Source: Azolla caroliniana
Lineage: Eukaryota; Plantae; Polypodiophyta
Length of the DNA stretch: 64,000 nt
Direction of reading: 5' to 3'
Assembly (NCBI GenBank): GCA_043228905.1
Contig: JBHGNT010000012.1
Coordinates: 6,076,001 to 6,140,000, forward strand
Under the pieces are notes generated by a model. That model did not search any database. It was given only the letters and a program-made list of their open reading frames with translations, and was not told the origin of the DNA. Made by a program: the position numbers and the translations under genes. Of this stretch, positions 1 through 13,260 are shown piece by piece. Numbering within the stretch: the first letter of the stretch is position 1; each line of letters begins with the position of its first letter.

Positions 1-303
1 GTCGACAGTTATGCGGAAGTGTGGGTTCGGATCTTATGGCTATGAACAACAAACAACATACACACAGAAGATAGAGAAGGCAGATATAGACTTACACAGT
101 TGCAAGCTTTAATGGAAAGCTTCTTATTTCTGTACAACACGTTTTCTCTCTCTCAGAGATTACAATCGTCTCCTCGTCATCGTCATCATCATCGTCGTCT
201 CATTACAATGTTAGGTATTCGCTTATATACTAAGCCCTAACTTATTAACGAGTTCACACTCGGACGTATACAACTTGGAAGGAGTCGGCCTTTTATGCCA
301 ACA
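1..303 (-). repeat. 3' LTR of copia A (probably ends at or just beyond the window edge); PPT-like tract at 305-314
   Basis: Minus strand reads TTACGGGAGT-T-TGTTGGCAT..., resembling the PPT/LTR junction TTACGGGGGAG-TGTCG of the intact copia. A U5-type CTTCCGCA motif lies near position 12-19. Confidence 0.7.
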
Positions 304-598
304 AACTCCCGTAAAAGGACTACTCTTTCTTGCATGTACAAGTGCTTGGGGTTATCTCTCCCGTAAACCTAGATTACAAATTTAACTAGATCTTATGTTA
401 CAAGTCTGTCGGCAAGTAGCCGACTCGGCAGAGGTATAATATGAGTGTCGGTCAGCTCTTACCTTCTGCTCCTCGTTCGGCTTTCTTCTGCTCGGTCGCT
501 TGTCACAGCCCCATCTTTGTCCTTAGTGTTCCAAAGCGTTGATCTGGGAGTAGTTTCGTCAGGCAATCGGCGATGTTCACCTTGGTGTCGATCTTCCA

Positions 599-686
599 TG
601 TTACGGGCATGACCATATAATATCCTGTGGTGAGAATTTACCGTAGTATTCTCACCACGGGATATTATATGGTCATGCCTGTAACA
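599..686. mobile_element. 88-bp near-perfect hairpin insertion (MITE-like) with TGTTAC...GTAACA ends and 5-bp TSD
   Basis: 39-bp arms at 599-637 and 648-686 are reverse complements with two G:T mismatches; 10-nt loop. TTCCA is duplicated at 594-598 and 687-691. Removing it restores copia RNase H KKLEVWKIDTKVN. Confidence 0.9.
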
Positions 687-3155
687 TTCCAGACTTCGAG
701 TTTCTTCTCAGTCACGAGCTCTCGAATATGATGATACCGCACCTCAATGTGCTTTGTCTTCTCATGGTAGACGAGATTGTTGATGAGGTGTATTGCGCTT
801 TGTGAGTCACAATAGATGGTCGGCACTGGTCGGTCTATTCGGTTTGTAGTTCCGAAATCGGCAGACAGTCGGTGCAGCCAGATCGCTTCCTTCGCTGCTT
901 CCGATGCTGCTATGTACTCGACTTTTGTGGTAGATAGAGCCGTGCACTCCTGAAGTTTCGACCTCCATGATATTGCACCGCCACCATAGGTGAAGATGTA
1001 GCTTGATGTCGATTTCCAATTATTTGTGTTTCTAGCGTAGTCGGAATCGGTGTAGCCTTCGACTTCGGTTGATGTTGTCGAACCGAATGTCAGTTGTGCA
1101 TCCGTGGTTCCTTTCAAATACCTAAGGATGTGCTTGACGACCTCCCAATGCTTCTTTCTTGGGTTTGACATGTACCGACTGGCCACCCCTATGACATAGG
1201 CTAGGTCGGGTCGGGTCGCCACCATTGCGTACATGATACTTCCTACTGCCGATGCGTAGGGTATCTTTCCATTAAGCTCTCTCTCCTTGTCGTTTGCAGG
1301 ATCTTTGCTTGATTGCTCCCTGCAATCAACATGTCGTCAACATAAAGGATCAGATAGATCCTGAACTCGTCGGCCAGTTGCCGAACATACATGCATGGGT
1401 CGGAGTTTGATATGTTGTATCCAAGCTGCCTTATGTGGGAGTGGAACTTCTGGTACCACATTCTCAGCACTTGTTTTAGGCCATATAGACTTTTCTTTAG
1501 TCGACATACGAGGTGACAATCCTCCCCCGTCGCTGTGAAGCCTACCAATTGAGACATGTATATGTCTTCTTCCAGATCTTCGTGTAGGAATGTTGTCTTT
1601 ACGTCCATCTGCTCGAGCTCTAGATCTTTTGTCGCCACGACTCCTAGTAGGAGTCGGAGGGTGGTAATCTTGACTACTGGTCCGAATATCTCGTTGTAGT
1701 TGACCCCGTATTCCTGTTTGAATCCTTTCGCAACAAGCCGAGCTTTGTACTTGGGTTTCTCTGAGTCAGATACACACTTGTATCAGAACACCCATTTGCA
1801 TGGTAGTGGTTTTCTTCCTATTGGTAGTTCGACCAACTCCCATGTCTGATTCTGATGAATCGAGTCCATTTCGGATTTCATGGCTTGCAACCATGTTTCG
1901 TCGTCCGGTGTGGCCATAGCTTCGTCATACGTGCTTGGTTCGTCTACATCCGTGTAGTTGACATAGTCGAGGCCCGGTTGATAAAACTCTGTTTGCCTTC
2001 GAGCTCGTCCAGATCTCCTAGGTGCCGTAATATCTAGTTCAGATTCTTCAATCGGTTCTTTTTGAGGATCGGCATTTGTTGAACTAGTTGAGTTAGGAGT
2101 CTTGTTTGGTATTCCACCCCGGTTTGGGATTTTGGTAGTGACTGGTTGTTCTCCCCTACGCCTGTTGTCGACTCTTTTCTGACTTGTCCTTTGTTTACTC
2201 TGCCTTGATCGACCTTCGTCGATTCGGCTCTGTCTTTGATGACTTTGTCTTTGAGTTCGACGTTGGGACTTATTGCCGATTTGGTGTCAGTTGGGACGTT
2301 GTCGGCTGGTTGGAGTTCAATTGTTTGTTGAATCTCTGATTCGGCCCGGTGGGTCGATCTTTCTACGATGACGTTGTCATCTTTGAAGGATACCTTCTTG
2401 CCCACTGTTTTTGGCTGGTTCTGTTGAGAGAAGATAGAGTCTTCATTGAAGACTACGTCGCTGCTCCGGATCAATTTCCAGTTCTCAGGGTCCCATAGCC
2501 GGTAGCCGAAGTCCCCATCGGTTCCATAACAGAGAAATATGCACTTTGTTGCATGGGGTGCCAACTTTGTCCTTTTGTCCTTGGGGATGAACGCGTAGGC
2601 TTCGCATCCGAATATACAGAGCCTATTGTAGGTCGGATGTTTGCCTGACCATAGTGCTTGATTGCTCTTGACGGCGCTAGATTTATCACGTACACTGTCG
2701 TCTGCAATGCCTCGGCCCAGAATTCCAACTTCAGTCCCGCTTGCTGGAGCATTGCCCTCACTCTCTCCTGGATCGTTCGGTTGATCTGTTCAGCCACCCC
2801 ATTCTGCATGGGTGTGTAGGGAACGGTCTTTTGGTGCCGGATCCCTTTGTTGGACAGGTATTGTTTGAAGGCTCTGGAGGTGTACTCATCTCCATTGTCA
2901 GATCAGAGTGTCTTCACTCTGTATCTCGACCGGTTCTCCACTTCAGATTTCCATCGAGTGAAGACCTCGAGTGCTTCATATTTGGACTTGATGGAGTATG
3001 CCCAAACTTTCTGTGTACAGTCATCTACAAATGTGATGAAGTACCGGGAGCTTCCTAGTGATCGCTCTAGCATGGGCCCACATATGTCTGTGTGCACGAG
3101 CTTTAGGGGTTGTCGTACTGTCTCGTAGTGGAGAGAGTGTGAACTTCAAGTTTGT

Positions 3156-3649
3156 AGTTGTCCATAGGCCAAAAATATAAATTAGTTAAATATAATACGC
3201 CGGTAGGTAAGGCGAGTAGGTAAGGAAGGTAGAGTTAGGAAAACGCTGAGTTTCGAGCCTCACAGTTAGCCAACGGCTCGGCTCTGTATGAAGAAAAAGT
3301 ATATAAACCGAGGTCTACGTACCTCGGCAGGAGGGAGATACCTAGATCATTCTGAGCGAGAGAAATATCATAGGAGCAAGCTTTGTACGTATTGTTTCCG
3401 GCTAAGGCCGAGTACTGTAATCACTGTCAGCTTTATCATGGAATATAAGTTTCGTCTTTTCTAAACTCCTATCTGTGTATTCTCCCCGTACTCGTAAATC
3501 GGGCTACATTCATACTCAACGGGTTGTAGCCCGTGAACGATCCTTGTTCTCTTTTTTTCCCGTGTAGAAGAAGCTTCCACGTAACTCGATCCCTTGACAC
3601 CGATAGCTTGTGGGCTCATCGAAGGTGTTTTCCAAAGGAACGGATAACA
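3156..3649 (+). repeat. 5' LTR of G1
   Basis: AGTTGTCC...GATAACA; aligns with 11798-12291 with scattered transitions; TATATAAA at ~3300. Confidence 0.95.
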
Positions 3650-3654
3650 CAATT

Positions 3655-3667
3655 TGGTACGCCCAGT
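3655..3667 (+). promoter_or_regulatory. Primer-binding site of G1 (tRNA-Arg type)
   Basis: TGGTACGCCCAGT lies 5 nt after the LTR end; 12/13 match to the TGGCACGCCCAGTGGGAC tRNA-Arg PBS recalled from plant gypsy elements. Confidence 0.8.
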
Positions 3668-3841
3668 TACAGTTGTGAGATCACAACGAACTACGTTGAA
3701 GGCAACCTTGAAGCCACCATTACGACGCCCAATCGCACCAAGCGGTCTTGGCCATCTGGCCGTCACCCTGAGCCAGTCGAAGGAACTTCCGATTCGGCGG
3801 TCACAGACTAGTCTTTCCAAGAAACATCGGAGGCTCACCGG

Positions 3842-5127
3842 TTGCAATCCTCGCCACCTGCTACTCGGTCGCGAGTTGATTCCACACCAACCTCTCCACC
3901 AAGCCCTCCAGAGGTCACCCACCCTGACCCTAACCCTTTTCCGGTTTTACCGGAAGATCCCGAATTCGATACCATGTTGTATCCTTACCCACGATACACC
4001 AACGGCCCCAACGCGGAGTCGCACATCCGTGCCTTCGTGTCCACTTGGCAGGCCAACCACTCAACACAACGACTCTCGCCTGCCGAAATCGAGGTCTCAA
4101 AAATTGCCGATTTTACGCTATCCCTCGATGGACCAGCTGCGCGATGGTATTCTCGCCTCGACGCAGGGGAGTTTGTCACCTTCCACGACGTTCGCACGCA
4201 ATTCCTAGAACTGTTCCATCGCAAGGTGCCCAAATGAGAATTGCTCCGACAGTTCTTTTCCATGCGACAATAACCGCATGAGACGGTCACACAGTTCACG
4301 ATCCGGTTCCGGGATCTCTATAGACAAGTGGCTGACGATGTCTCTGCACACCACATTCCGGACGCATTCCTCTCCAGCTTACGGGAGCCTCTACGGACGA
4401 CTCTCGCACTTACTAATATTGCCAACCAAACGATCAAGCAAGTCATAGCGCGCGTCCTCGCCCTCGATCGGACTCAGCAAAGCACGACTTTCTCTATGAG
4501 CTCACTGCAAAGCGCCCTTCCATAGGAGGACAATTGCTTCCACCAAGCCCTCCAATGCACAGTTTGCTTGGGATCGGGCCATTTGGCCCTCGAATGTCCT
4601 CACCGGCCACAGTGTCCGATATGCTAGTCCCGATCTCACACTATCGAGCAATGTGAATACAATATGCTCAACCGCACAACGACGGCCCCGGTTTGCCAGA
4701 TCGAGCCCAGGGATACATACTCTCGTCAGGACGAGTGACAATCCTACCAGAACCAGGATAACCAACGACCCCGATCGCCGGATAGACGGCGCTGTGACGA
4801 AGATTACCATCGGGACGACGACCATTACCGAAACGACAACCGACGGAGATCAAACAATCGTCGTGATTGCTATCACAATGACCAGTATCGGACAAACGAC
4901 GATTATGATCGGAATGAAGATGATCGGGATGACCGATACGATCAGAGAAATTCCCGGAATGATTGGCGCAACTCTCACCGAGGATCGCGCAACAACAAAA
5001 GGAATAATGACAACCGTCGTTGGGACCCCCCGCAAAATGAACTGCGCAGCTCGAACACGCCCTGGACCAACCCACCAACACATGAGGCCGGGAATCAACC
5101 GCACAACCCCCCCCCCCCCCCCCCCCC

Positions 5128-5159
<32 letters not shown>

Positions 5160-8100
5160 GATTGGGCTGGCACCAACAACTCGGTCGCCGTTACCTGCTT
5201 CAAGTGCAACCAACCCGGTCACTACGCTACGTAATGCCCAACAATAGACCGCGGAAAGGCTCTTGCCGTGAATAGTATTATGGCCGACGTGCAAAACGTC
5301 ACAACACGCAGTAAAGCCCAGGCCACCCCATGGCNNNNNNNNNNNNNNNNNNNNNNNNNNNNNNNNNNNNNNNNNNNNNNNNNNNNNNNNNNNNNNNNNN
5401 NNNNNNNNNNNNNNNNNNNNNNNNNNNNNNNNNNACGACGGGTTAGCCGATGACGAGGTGGATGACTTCCTAGAAGACCATCCCACTATCATACCTCTTT
5501 TCGAAATTGACGCCATATCGACCGTTGGCACACCTCTAGACGAGAAGGTCACGGAGAATACACCTCCCCAGGATGAGCCTGATTCCACCACCATCGCAGA
5601 ATTACGACACGCTTGGGACGGTTTTGAACATGAACTCGCCATCTCCCAATGAGTGAAGGCATCAATGCTCGAAACACTGAACCTTGGTTCGGACGAGAAC
5701 CCTCGCACCCTACAGATTGCTAATAACTTACCAGCCGGTGAACGAGCAACCCTCATACACTTACTCACCGATTACTAGGATGTATTCGCATGGTCTTACA
5801 TGGATATGAAGGGTTTGGACCCTCAATAATACCAACACCAGATCCATCTTCTCCCTGACGCTCGACCGGTTCAGCAAAGACGATTTCGGATGAACCCCAA
5901 TTATGCGGCTAAGGTCAAGGAAGAAATCGACAAGCTCCTCCGAGTCGGGTTCATCCGACCGGTAAAACACGCCACATGGTTAAGCCCAAATCGTAGTCGT
6001 CCCCAAGAAAAACGGGAAAATCCAAGTCTGCGTCGACTGCCGCAAGCTTAATGCTGCAACGGTCACGGATGGATTCCCTCTCCCGTTCACGGATAGCGTT
6101 CTCGACACGGTGGCAGGTCACGAATGCTACAACTTTCTAGACGGGTTCAATGGTTACAACCAAATCAGAATCCACCCAGATGATCAGGAGAAAACAACAT
6201 TTGTCATGGAATGGGGTGTTTTCGTGGCAGAAGTAATGATGTTCGGTTTAAAAACGGCACCGGCCACGTTCCAACGCATCATCACCGAAATTTTTAACGA
6301 GTATATCCCGACGTTCATGCAAGTCTTTCTCGATGACTTCGTCATATATGGCTAGCGATTGGAACACACGACCCAATTACGTCTATGTCTTGATCGATGT
6401 TGCCAGGCTTGGTTAAGTTAAAACCCGACAAGCGGCAACCTACTCGGGCACATTGTCAGTCAAGAAGGTATCGCCATGGAACCGGATAAAGTACAAGCCA
6501 TCCTAAACCCCCCGGTGCCCTTGAACACAAAAGGCCTTAGCCAATTTCTGGGACAAATCAGATGGCACAGTCGGATGATACGCCACCAAGTCGATTTCGC
6601 GACAACACTACACGCGGCGGTGCATCGACTCCCCTTTCAGTGGACTTCAATCGAGGAAGAGGCTTACCAAGCTTTGAAATTAATGCTCTCGCATGCCCCA
6701 GTTGTACAACCCCCGATATGGTCGGAACCTTTTCACGTCTTCATGGACGCATCGGATATCGCCATCGAGAGCGCACTTATGCAATGCATGCCCCCAAATT
6801 GGTATCGACCAGTGTATTATGCTAGCCGACGTCTCTCGGCCGCGGAAAAGAACTATTCAACCACCGAACGAGAGGCCCTCGGTATGATCTACAACATCAG
6901 TAAATTTCGGCATTACCTCTTAGGCCGAAAATTCACATTTCACGTCGATCACTCAGCCCTCCTTTACTTGGTCAATAAACAAGCCTTGACAGGTCGACTG
7001 GCTCGATGGATGCTCATGTTACAAGAGTTTGATTTTCATATACAACATCGATCCGGAGTCCAACACGCCGTTGCTGACTACCTAAGCCGCCTCGAGTCAG
7101 GGGACCTTGCCGAGTCCACGTATGACGATTTATGCCGGTTTATTTCATCTCACAACGCTGCCAGACGACAAAGAAGATGAATGGATCACGGATATGACCC
7201 ATTTCCTTAGTACTAGCTTTCCTCCCGACCACATGGCCCTCGATGTGCGGAAACAACTCGCAGTACGAAGCCGAAACTTTTGTCTCGTTTCTGACATCCT
7301 CCACCACAAAGGCTTGGACAGAATCTGGCGCCGGGAAATTCGACAATTCGAGAAGAAGGCCATCCTCCAAGAGGCCCACCTCGGAATCTCCAGTGGACAC
7401 TATACCGGAGAGTCCATGGCAAGGAAAGTATGGCAGACAACGAAAAAGGATGCCCACGAGTTCTGTCGGCAGTGCGACTTGTGCCAACGGTTGGGACAGC
7501 CGATGGAACAAGCTCAAATGTCACACCAAGCCATTCTTCCATTGGAACCATTTCAAAAATGGGGGTTAGATTTTGTGGGGCCCTTCAAACCAGTCACGAC
7601 CCGAACCGGTAATAAGTATATCATCATGGCCACGGACTACTGCACAAAATGGGTCGAGGCAAAGGCTTTACGAGACAACACGGCATCATCCACGACCAAA
7701 TTCGTGTACAAACATCTTTGGTGCCATTATGGATGCCCAATTGAGCTCGTTAGTGACCAAGGTGGGCACTTTATAAACCATATAATATGCGAGCTTACGA
7801 CACACTACGCGGTTGTACATAAGAAAAGTACACCATACTACCTGCAGGCAAATAGATTGGCAGAATCAACTAACAAAATTCTCCAAACAATCCTGAAGAA
7901 GATCGTCAACGAGAACCACACCGATTGGGATGACAAGCTCCAGAGTGCACTATGGGCTTATTGCACTACATTCAAAACGAGCATTCAATCCACCCCCTTT
8001 CAGATGGCTTTTGGTCTCAAAGCCGTTATGCCCATCGAGTTCCAAGTTCTGAGTCTCCGAGTTCAAGTTAAAGCACAACTCCCCGAGGCCCAATGCAAAC

Positions 8101-8411
8101 AATTGAGGCTGGAACAACTCCTCGAACTTGGCGAGGACCGAGTAGTGAGCATGGCCCAACTTGAACAGTGCCAACGACAATGGAAAGCCTTTGTGGACCG
8201 ACATCGGAAAGGATTGGAACAAGAACTGACCATAGGCAAACCGGTCCTCGTTTTCCAGACACGACTCGGTGCTATGCCAGGAAAGTTACGATTTCGATGG
8301 ACCGGCCCCTTCTGGATTATTGACGAGTTTAATGGCACGTTCCAGCTCGGCACCCCCGCTAGGGAAATTGTCAAAAGCTGGGTGAATGGATTCCGACTGC
8401 GACCGTACTAG
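3842..8411 (+). pseudogene. G1 gag-pol (retrotransposon gag, CCHC, RT, RNase H, integrase), disrupted; protease region falls in an assembly gap
   Basis: gag SLDGPAARWY; CFKCNQPGHYA; RT FLDGFNGYNQI...MMFGLKTAPATFQR...VFLDDF; RNase H DASD...NYSTTEREAL; integrase PFQKWGLDFVGPF...SDQG...RWTGPF. In-frame stops and frameshifts. Confidence 0.93.
5335..5434. other. Assembly gap (100 N)
   Basis: Run of 100 N; true length unknown. Confidence 1.
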
Positions 8412-9012
8412 GGAAATACCCCAGCCAAACCTTTCGCCGAGTCTCACGGCACGGACAATGCCACGAAGGAGACCACGTGCCCCCCTCGGTAAGAACCCAG
8501 CAACATTCCAAAGTAAACATTAGGTAGGATTAGGCATAGTTTTAGCAATTAGTTAGTTCCACCTACCACATCACCCAAGTCAGGTTAGGTTTAGAGGCAC
8601 ACACTAGTCACTTTCACATTCACTTAAGTATTTAAAGCACATGCACAACATCCAAGGCACAACACTAACTCCCTAGGACACGTGGCCATAATATCCTATT
8701 ATGGCATCCACGACCAAGAATCTCTAGGCTCCTCTTCATGCACAAAACCCTAGGCGTTCGCTAAAAAACAGTTACCCCAAGCACACCCCACACACAGACA
8801 TTTTTTTGCACACCCAGCCTTCATCGCTCCCATGCTCTCAAGCCTCCTCTCGCTCTCAGCGCTTTCATCGCTCCCACCACTCTTGCTCACAAGCCCTCTC
8901 TTGTCCTCGTAGCCCCTCTGCTGCACCACAACCATCTCCTTCCCTCACTCTGTCTCGACTTGGTCTCATCCTCCTTCCCCAATCTTCCACACAACAGAAC
9001 CCCGAGTTCATT

Positions 9013-11150
9013 ATGCCTCTTGCAGCTTCACAGGAAACCTGCTCCTGGCTTCAGGAACGAGGATTGGGTGGTTATTTAAAGGTGATCGATGCCCCTGCAC
9101 ACCCTAATGCCGAAGTGGTCGCACGCCGAATATACCCGGACACAGTCACCAACAATATGGTTTGTGTTGCCTTGGACCTGAAGCGAGGAGGTGATCATGA
9201 AGTCGAGATTCCTGCTTCAATGAACCTGAAGGAATACTTTGGTGCGTATTCCATATCTGGTAAGGCCTATCGCACCTACGGTGGATCCAGCAAGGCATTC
9301 GGAGAACTCGCTCGCATCCTGATGGAGTAGGCGTTCGTGCATACCAACCCTACAAGTATGCCATAGAGAAAAGCGGCGATCATTATCAATGCCTACGAGG
9401 GAAACAAAATTGATTGGGGAATCATCACAGGCGAAGGAGTCTGTGCGGCGCTCGAATCCTTCCAAACCGGTAAGCGTTTGTTGCCTATGATCAATCACTT
9501 CCTCATAGTCCTATACCCACCTCTTTCGGTTTCTCCTCGTCGCATCCTGACCTCTCCACCACCACCAAGGAAAAAATGGGAGAAGATTTTGGAGATAACC
9601 CAGGAAGAATGGGAAGACCCCTCATCTTCTCCACCTCCCTCAGGCGTTCGGAACCCTGCTTCCGCTTCCGCCTCGGCCCCACCCCCACCAAAAACACAGA
9701 AACAACTAGCGGTAACAACAACCCGTGTCGAATGGGATGAGGCCGAGGAGCCCATCCCCGAGGATGTCACCATACGCCAGAGGCCACCAAGGACATCAAT
9801 GACCTCTCCACAACCGAGCCCACAGCCCACAAGCCAGCAACCCTCAGCCATCCGGCAGCAAAAGAGGAAACAGGCCAAGGAGCAAACACCACCGGCCCCG
9901 AACGCACAGGATCAGCAGCCAAAAAGACGCCGCATCATTCGAGATGCAACCACAGAAACCGAAGGCGACCGGCGTCAGAAATCAAAAGAGGCCAGCCCCA
10001 CCTCCACGGACATAATACCAACGGAGTCATGGCTCCAAGTTGGTACGATCAAGCATGGACAAACCACGCAGATATCAGAGGAGGAAGTCCTTGGTTACAA
10101 AGATCTCCCTGCGGAGGCATACGAGTTCAGTGCACTACTTCGACTGGGCACAACTTATGAGTTAATGGATTTCCTCGGGCGCGCCCAAGTAGCTGCCGCC
10201 GCTCGTATGGCCGAGGAGCACGCCGAAACAAAGATGATTCAACGCGCTCTAATGGGTGAAATTGAACCTCATGAGGATCGAGCCTTACAGAAGATAGGAC
10301 GGAAGAAGCAAGCACAGAATACTTCGCTCCTCATGGAACTACCGGATCTGAACATGGCCTTAGTTGAGGCATATCGCAACTTGCACCACACTACTCGGGC
10401 AACCAAGGACATGGCCTGATGTATCAAAACGGCGCATCAGCAAGCCAAACAGGATACCGATCTATGTCAAGCCGCTGAGGAGAAATTGGCGACATTCCAG
10501 CAACAACAACTGCCCTTAAGCCTCCCTGCGGTGAGTGACGATGTCTCACCAGCCACTCTTCCGAACCCTAGCCTGAGTGTTGAAGGTACCGATGCACACA
10601 AAGACAACACTGCCCACCCCAAGGTAGTGACGGCCGAGGCCAACACAATGACGGACTCGGTACAGACAAATGAGCCATCGTCACGGGCAGATATCAGCTC
10701 GCACCCCCAAACCAGCCAAGCCTCCATGCAAACGCCACCACCTCCGGTCGTCATGGAGCGAGCGACACAGACAGGCAGGGAGTCCTCCGCTCAAATCCAG
10801 CAAACGGAAACCCAGACAGGGCCTCCCCTTCAGGACTACCAGGAGGAGCTTCTGGCCCAGATCGCTCTAGCTAAGTTGGCAGAATAGAACCACACCAACA
10901 TTCTTGGCCAGCTACGGGAACAAGCCGCGAGCTGCGAAGCGAACCTCAAGAGACTGCTTGCTGAAAGGTCGGCCGCGCTTGAAGCACGAGAACGAGAGGT
11001 GATGACCCTCCAGGTCTCTATCACTGAGGCCAAAGAATGTTTCATCAAAGAAACCAAGCGGAATAGCCAACGGAACAAGAGCTCTTCGTAGACAACCAGG
11101 AATTACGACGTCATCAAAGAGCCTTACAGACCCTCCGTAAAGACTTAACG
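9013..11150 (+). pseudogene. Additional sense ORF of G1 downstream of pol (unknown function)
   Basis: ORF-track pieces 8806-9330, 9478-10419 and 10486-10887 are in one frame, separated only by stop codons. ATG at 9013. Globular-looking N-terminus followed by Pro/Gln-rich and coiled-coil-like segments. Confidence 0.7.
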
Positions 11151-11311
11151 GAGGAATATCATACCTTGGCAACATCCCACACCGCGACCATCGAGCAACT
11201 CTTGGAGGAATTCAACGACGATCTAATGGTGTTTCGTTTAGAAGCCGAAGCGTACGAGGAGGAACGAATCGCTACAGGGAGTCACAGAGCTCTTACCACC
11301 ATTGAGCAAGG

Positions 11312-11500
11312 AACCGAGTCACTCCCCACGACAGCTCGACCATAGGAACCTGCCCCTACCGACCTCCACATCCCAACCGAGTCACTCCCCTCGGCGGCTC
11401 GACCGGAGGAACCTGCCCCTACAGACCTCCACATCCCAACCAAGCCACTCACCACGACAGTTAGACCGGAGGAACCTGCACTTACAGACCTCCACATCCC
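11312..11500 (+). repeat. 63-bp tandem repeat x3 inside the G1 3' region
   Basis: Unit AACCGAGTCACTCCCC...GACCTCCACATCCC repeated three times; frame-preserving (21 codons). Confidence 0.85.
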
Positions 11501-11778
11501 ACCGTAGCCACAACCTATAACCCCGACCCTGCCTGAATCGGTCCCAACAAAGGAGGGCACACACGACGTCACCGCCATCCTCGACTCGGCAACACAACCT
11601 CCATCACCAACCCCACCTGCCGAGCAACCAACCCAACCCCACGCCCCTGAGGATATCCTCGGCATATTGGAAGAGGAATAAAACCAACCTATAAGCCCTC
11701 GTAGGAACGGGCAATTTTTGTAATTTGTAATGTTTTGCCAAATCCATGGTGAATCGTGGGTCCGACAGACAAAGTCTT

Positions 11779-11795
11779 GTTCCACGGGCGTGCCA
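11779..11795 (-). promoter_or_regulatory. Inverted PBS (tRNA-Arg 3'-end-like sequence) at the position normally occupied by the PPT in G1
   Basis: GTTCCACGGGCGTGCCA-GG-[LTR]; reverse complement TGGCACGCCCGTGGAAC. No purine tract upstream of the 3' LTR. Confidence 0.8.
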
Positions 11796-11797
11796 GG

Positions 11798-12291
11798 TGT
11801 TGTCCATAGGCCAAAAATATAAATTAGTTAAATATAATACGTCGGTAGGTAAGGTGAGTACGTAAGGAAGGTAGAGTTAGGAAAACGCCGAGTTTCGAGC
11901 CTCACAATCCGCCAACGGCTCGGCTCTGTATGAAGCAAAAGTATATAAACCGAGGTTTGCGTACCTCGGCAGGAGGGAGATACCTAGATCATTCTGAGCG
12001 AGAGAAACATCATAGGAGCAAGCCCTGTACGTACTGTTTTCGGCTAAGGCCGAGTATTGTAATCACTGTCAGCTTTATCATGGAATATAAATTTCGTCTT
12101 TTCTAAACTCCTATCTGTGTATTCTCCCCGTACTCGTAAATTGGGCTACGTTCATACTCAACGGGTTGTAGCCCGTGAACGATCCTTGTCCTCTTTTTTT
12201 CCTGTGTAGAAGAAGCTTCCATGCAACACGATCCCTTGACACCAATAGCCTGTGGGCTCATCGAATGTGTTTTCCAAAGGAACGGATAACA
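11798..12291 (+). repeat. 3' LTR of G1
   Basis: TGTTGTCC...GATAACA, followed by TSD copy TATGT and resumption of the copia A integrase. Confidence 0.95.
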
Positions 12292-13260
12292 TATGTTTCC
12301 CGTATCGACAATGCTCGCAGATGTTCTTCTTTGCCTGGAGTTTCGGAATGTAGCCGATCGAGATCAGCCGATCAAGTCCAGCTTGTGACATATGGCCGAG
12401 TCGGCCATGCCATAGGTTCGGGTCGGTCTTTTCGGCTACATTCACGACCCCTTCAGGGTTTATCGCCATCAATGGGTATAGATTATTATACTTATGCCCA
12501 CTACCGATTTTGAGATTTCCTCAGCTGATCACCCATTTCGACTCGTGTAGAGTCGTTCAATACCCGTCTTCGGCTAACATGCCGATGGAGACCAAACTCC
12601 TCTTTAGATCGGGTACGTGCCGAACTCAGTGCAGGGTTATTGTGTTTCCATTTGACAATCTGATGGGAACCTCCCCGGTTCCGGCTATCTTGCACTCCTG
12701 CTCATTTCTCAATCAGACTGTGCCACTGGCATCGGCTGAATAGTTTGAGAACCATTCAATGTTGGGGGTCACGTGAAATGTGGCACTGGAGTCTATAGCC
12801 ACATGTGTGGAACTTGTGCATTGTAGAGGACTTCTCCAATCATTGAATCCTCTAGGGAGAGGGTTTCTCCGGATCGGTTGTCGGCAACATTGATTTGGTT
12901 GCCGACTGGAGAGTGGTCTGAGTCGGAACGTCCCCGATTCCGCTCGGATGGTCGACCACTCTCTTTTCTTTTTATTGACCAGTAGTTGGAAACATTGTGG
13001 CCAACTTTCTTGTAGTGTGTGTAGTACTCGCTTGTTCGGCCCATTTTCGACTTCGATTGTTGTTGGTCTCCCCTCGTTCTCGATCGACTATATCGTCGAC
13101 TGGTTCTATCGGTTGTTCTTTCGGTCGACTCTGTCGATCGAACGACTCGGTTGAGTGGTGGGCTTCTGCCGACTCGTCGATGGATAGTCCCATCGATTTT
13201 CGCTTGATGTCCTCTGTGAGGACTTGGCCGGTTGTTTCGGCCAAATTTAGGATCGGTCAG

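Larger units (their letters stand above)
3156..12291 (+). mobile_element. Full-length, degenerate Ty3/gypsy (non-chromovirus-like) LTR retrotransposon 'G1' with an extra 3' ORF
   Basis: 494-bp direct LTRs at 3156-3649 and 11798-12291; TSD TTTGT/TATGT; PBS after the 5' LTR; gag, CCHC knuckle, RT, RNase H and integrase in gypsy order. No chromodomain seen. Confidence 0.95.

Noticed and set aside
4668-5768. 366-aa antisense ORF and other antisense ORFs over retroelements and FtsH exon 1
   Set aside because: Shadow frames of GC-rich coding sequence; this one also spans the N gap.
13252-13260. Apparent ATCGG TSD plus four extra bases (TCAG) as an unprocessed primer remnant
   Set aside because: A GTCGG TSD with one transition in each copy explains both flanks and restores the host reading frame.
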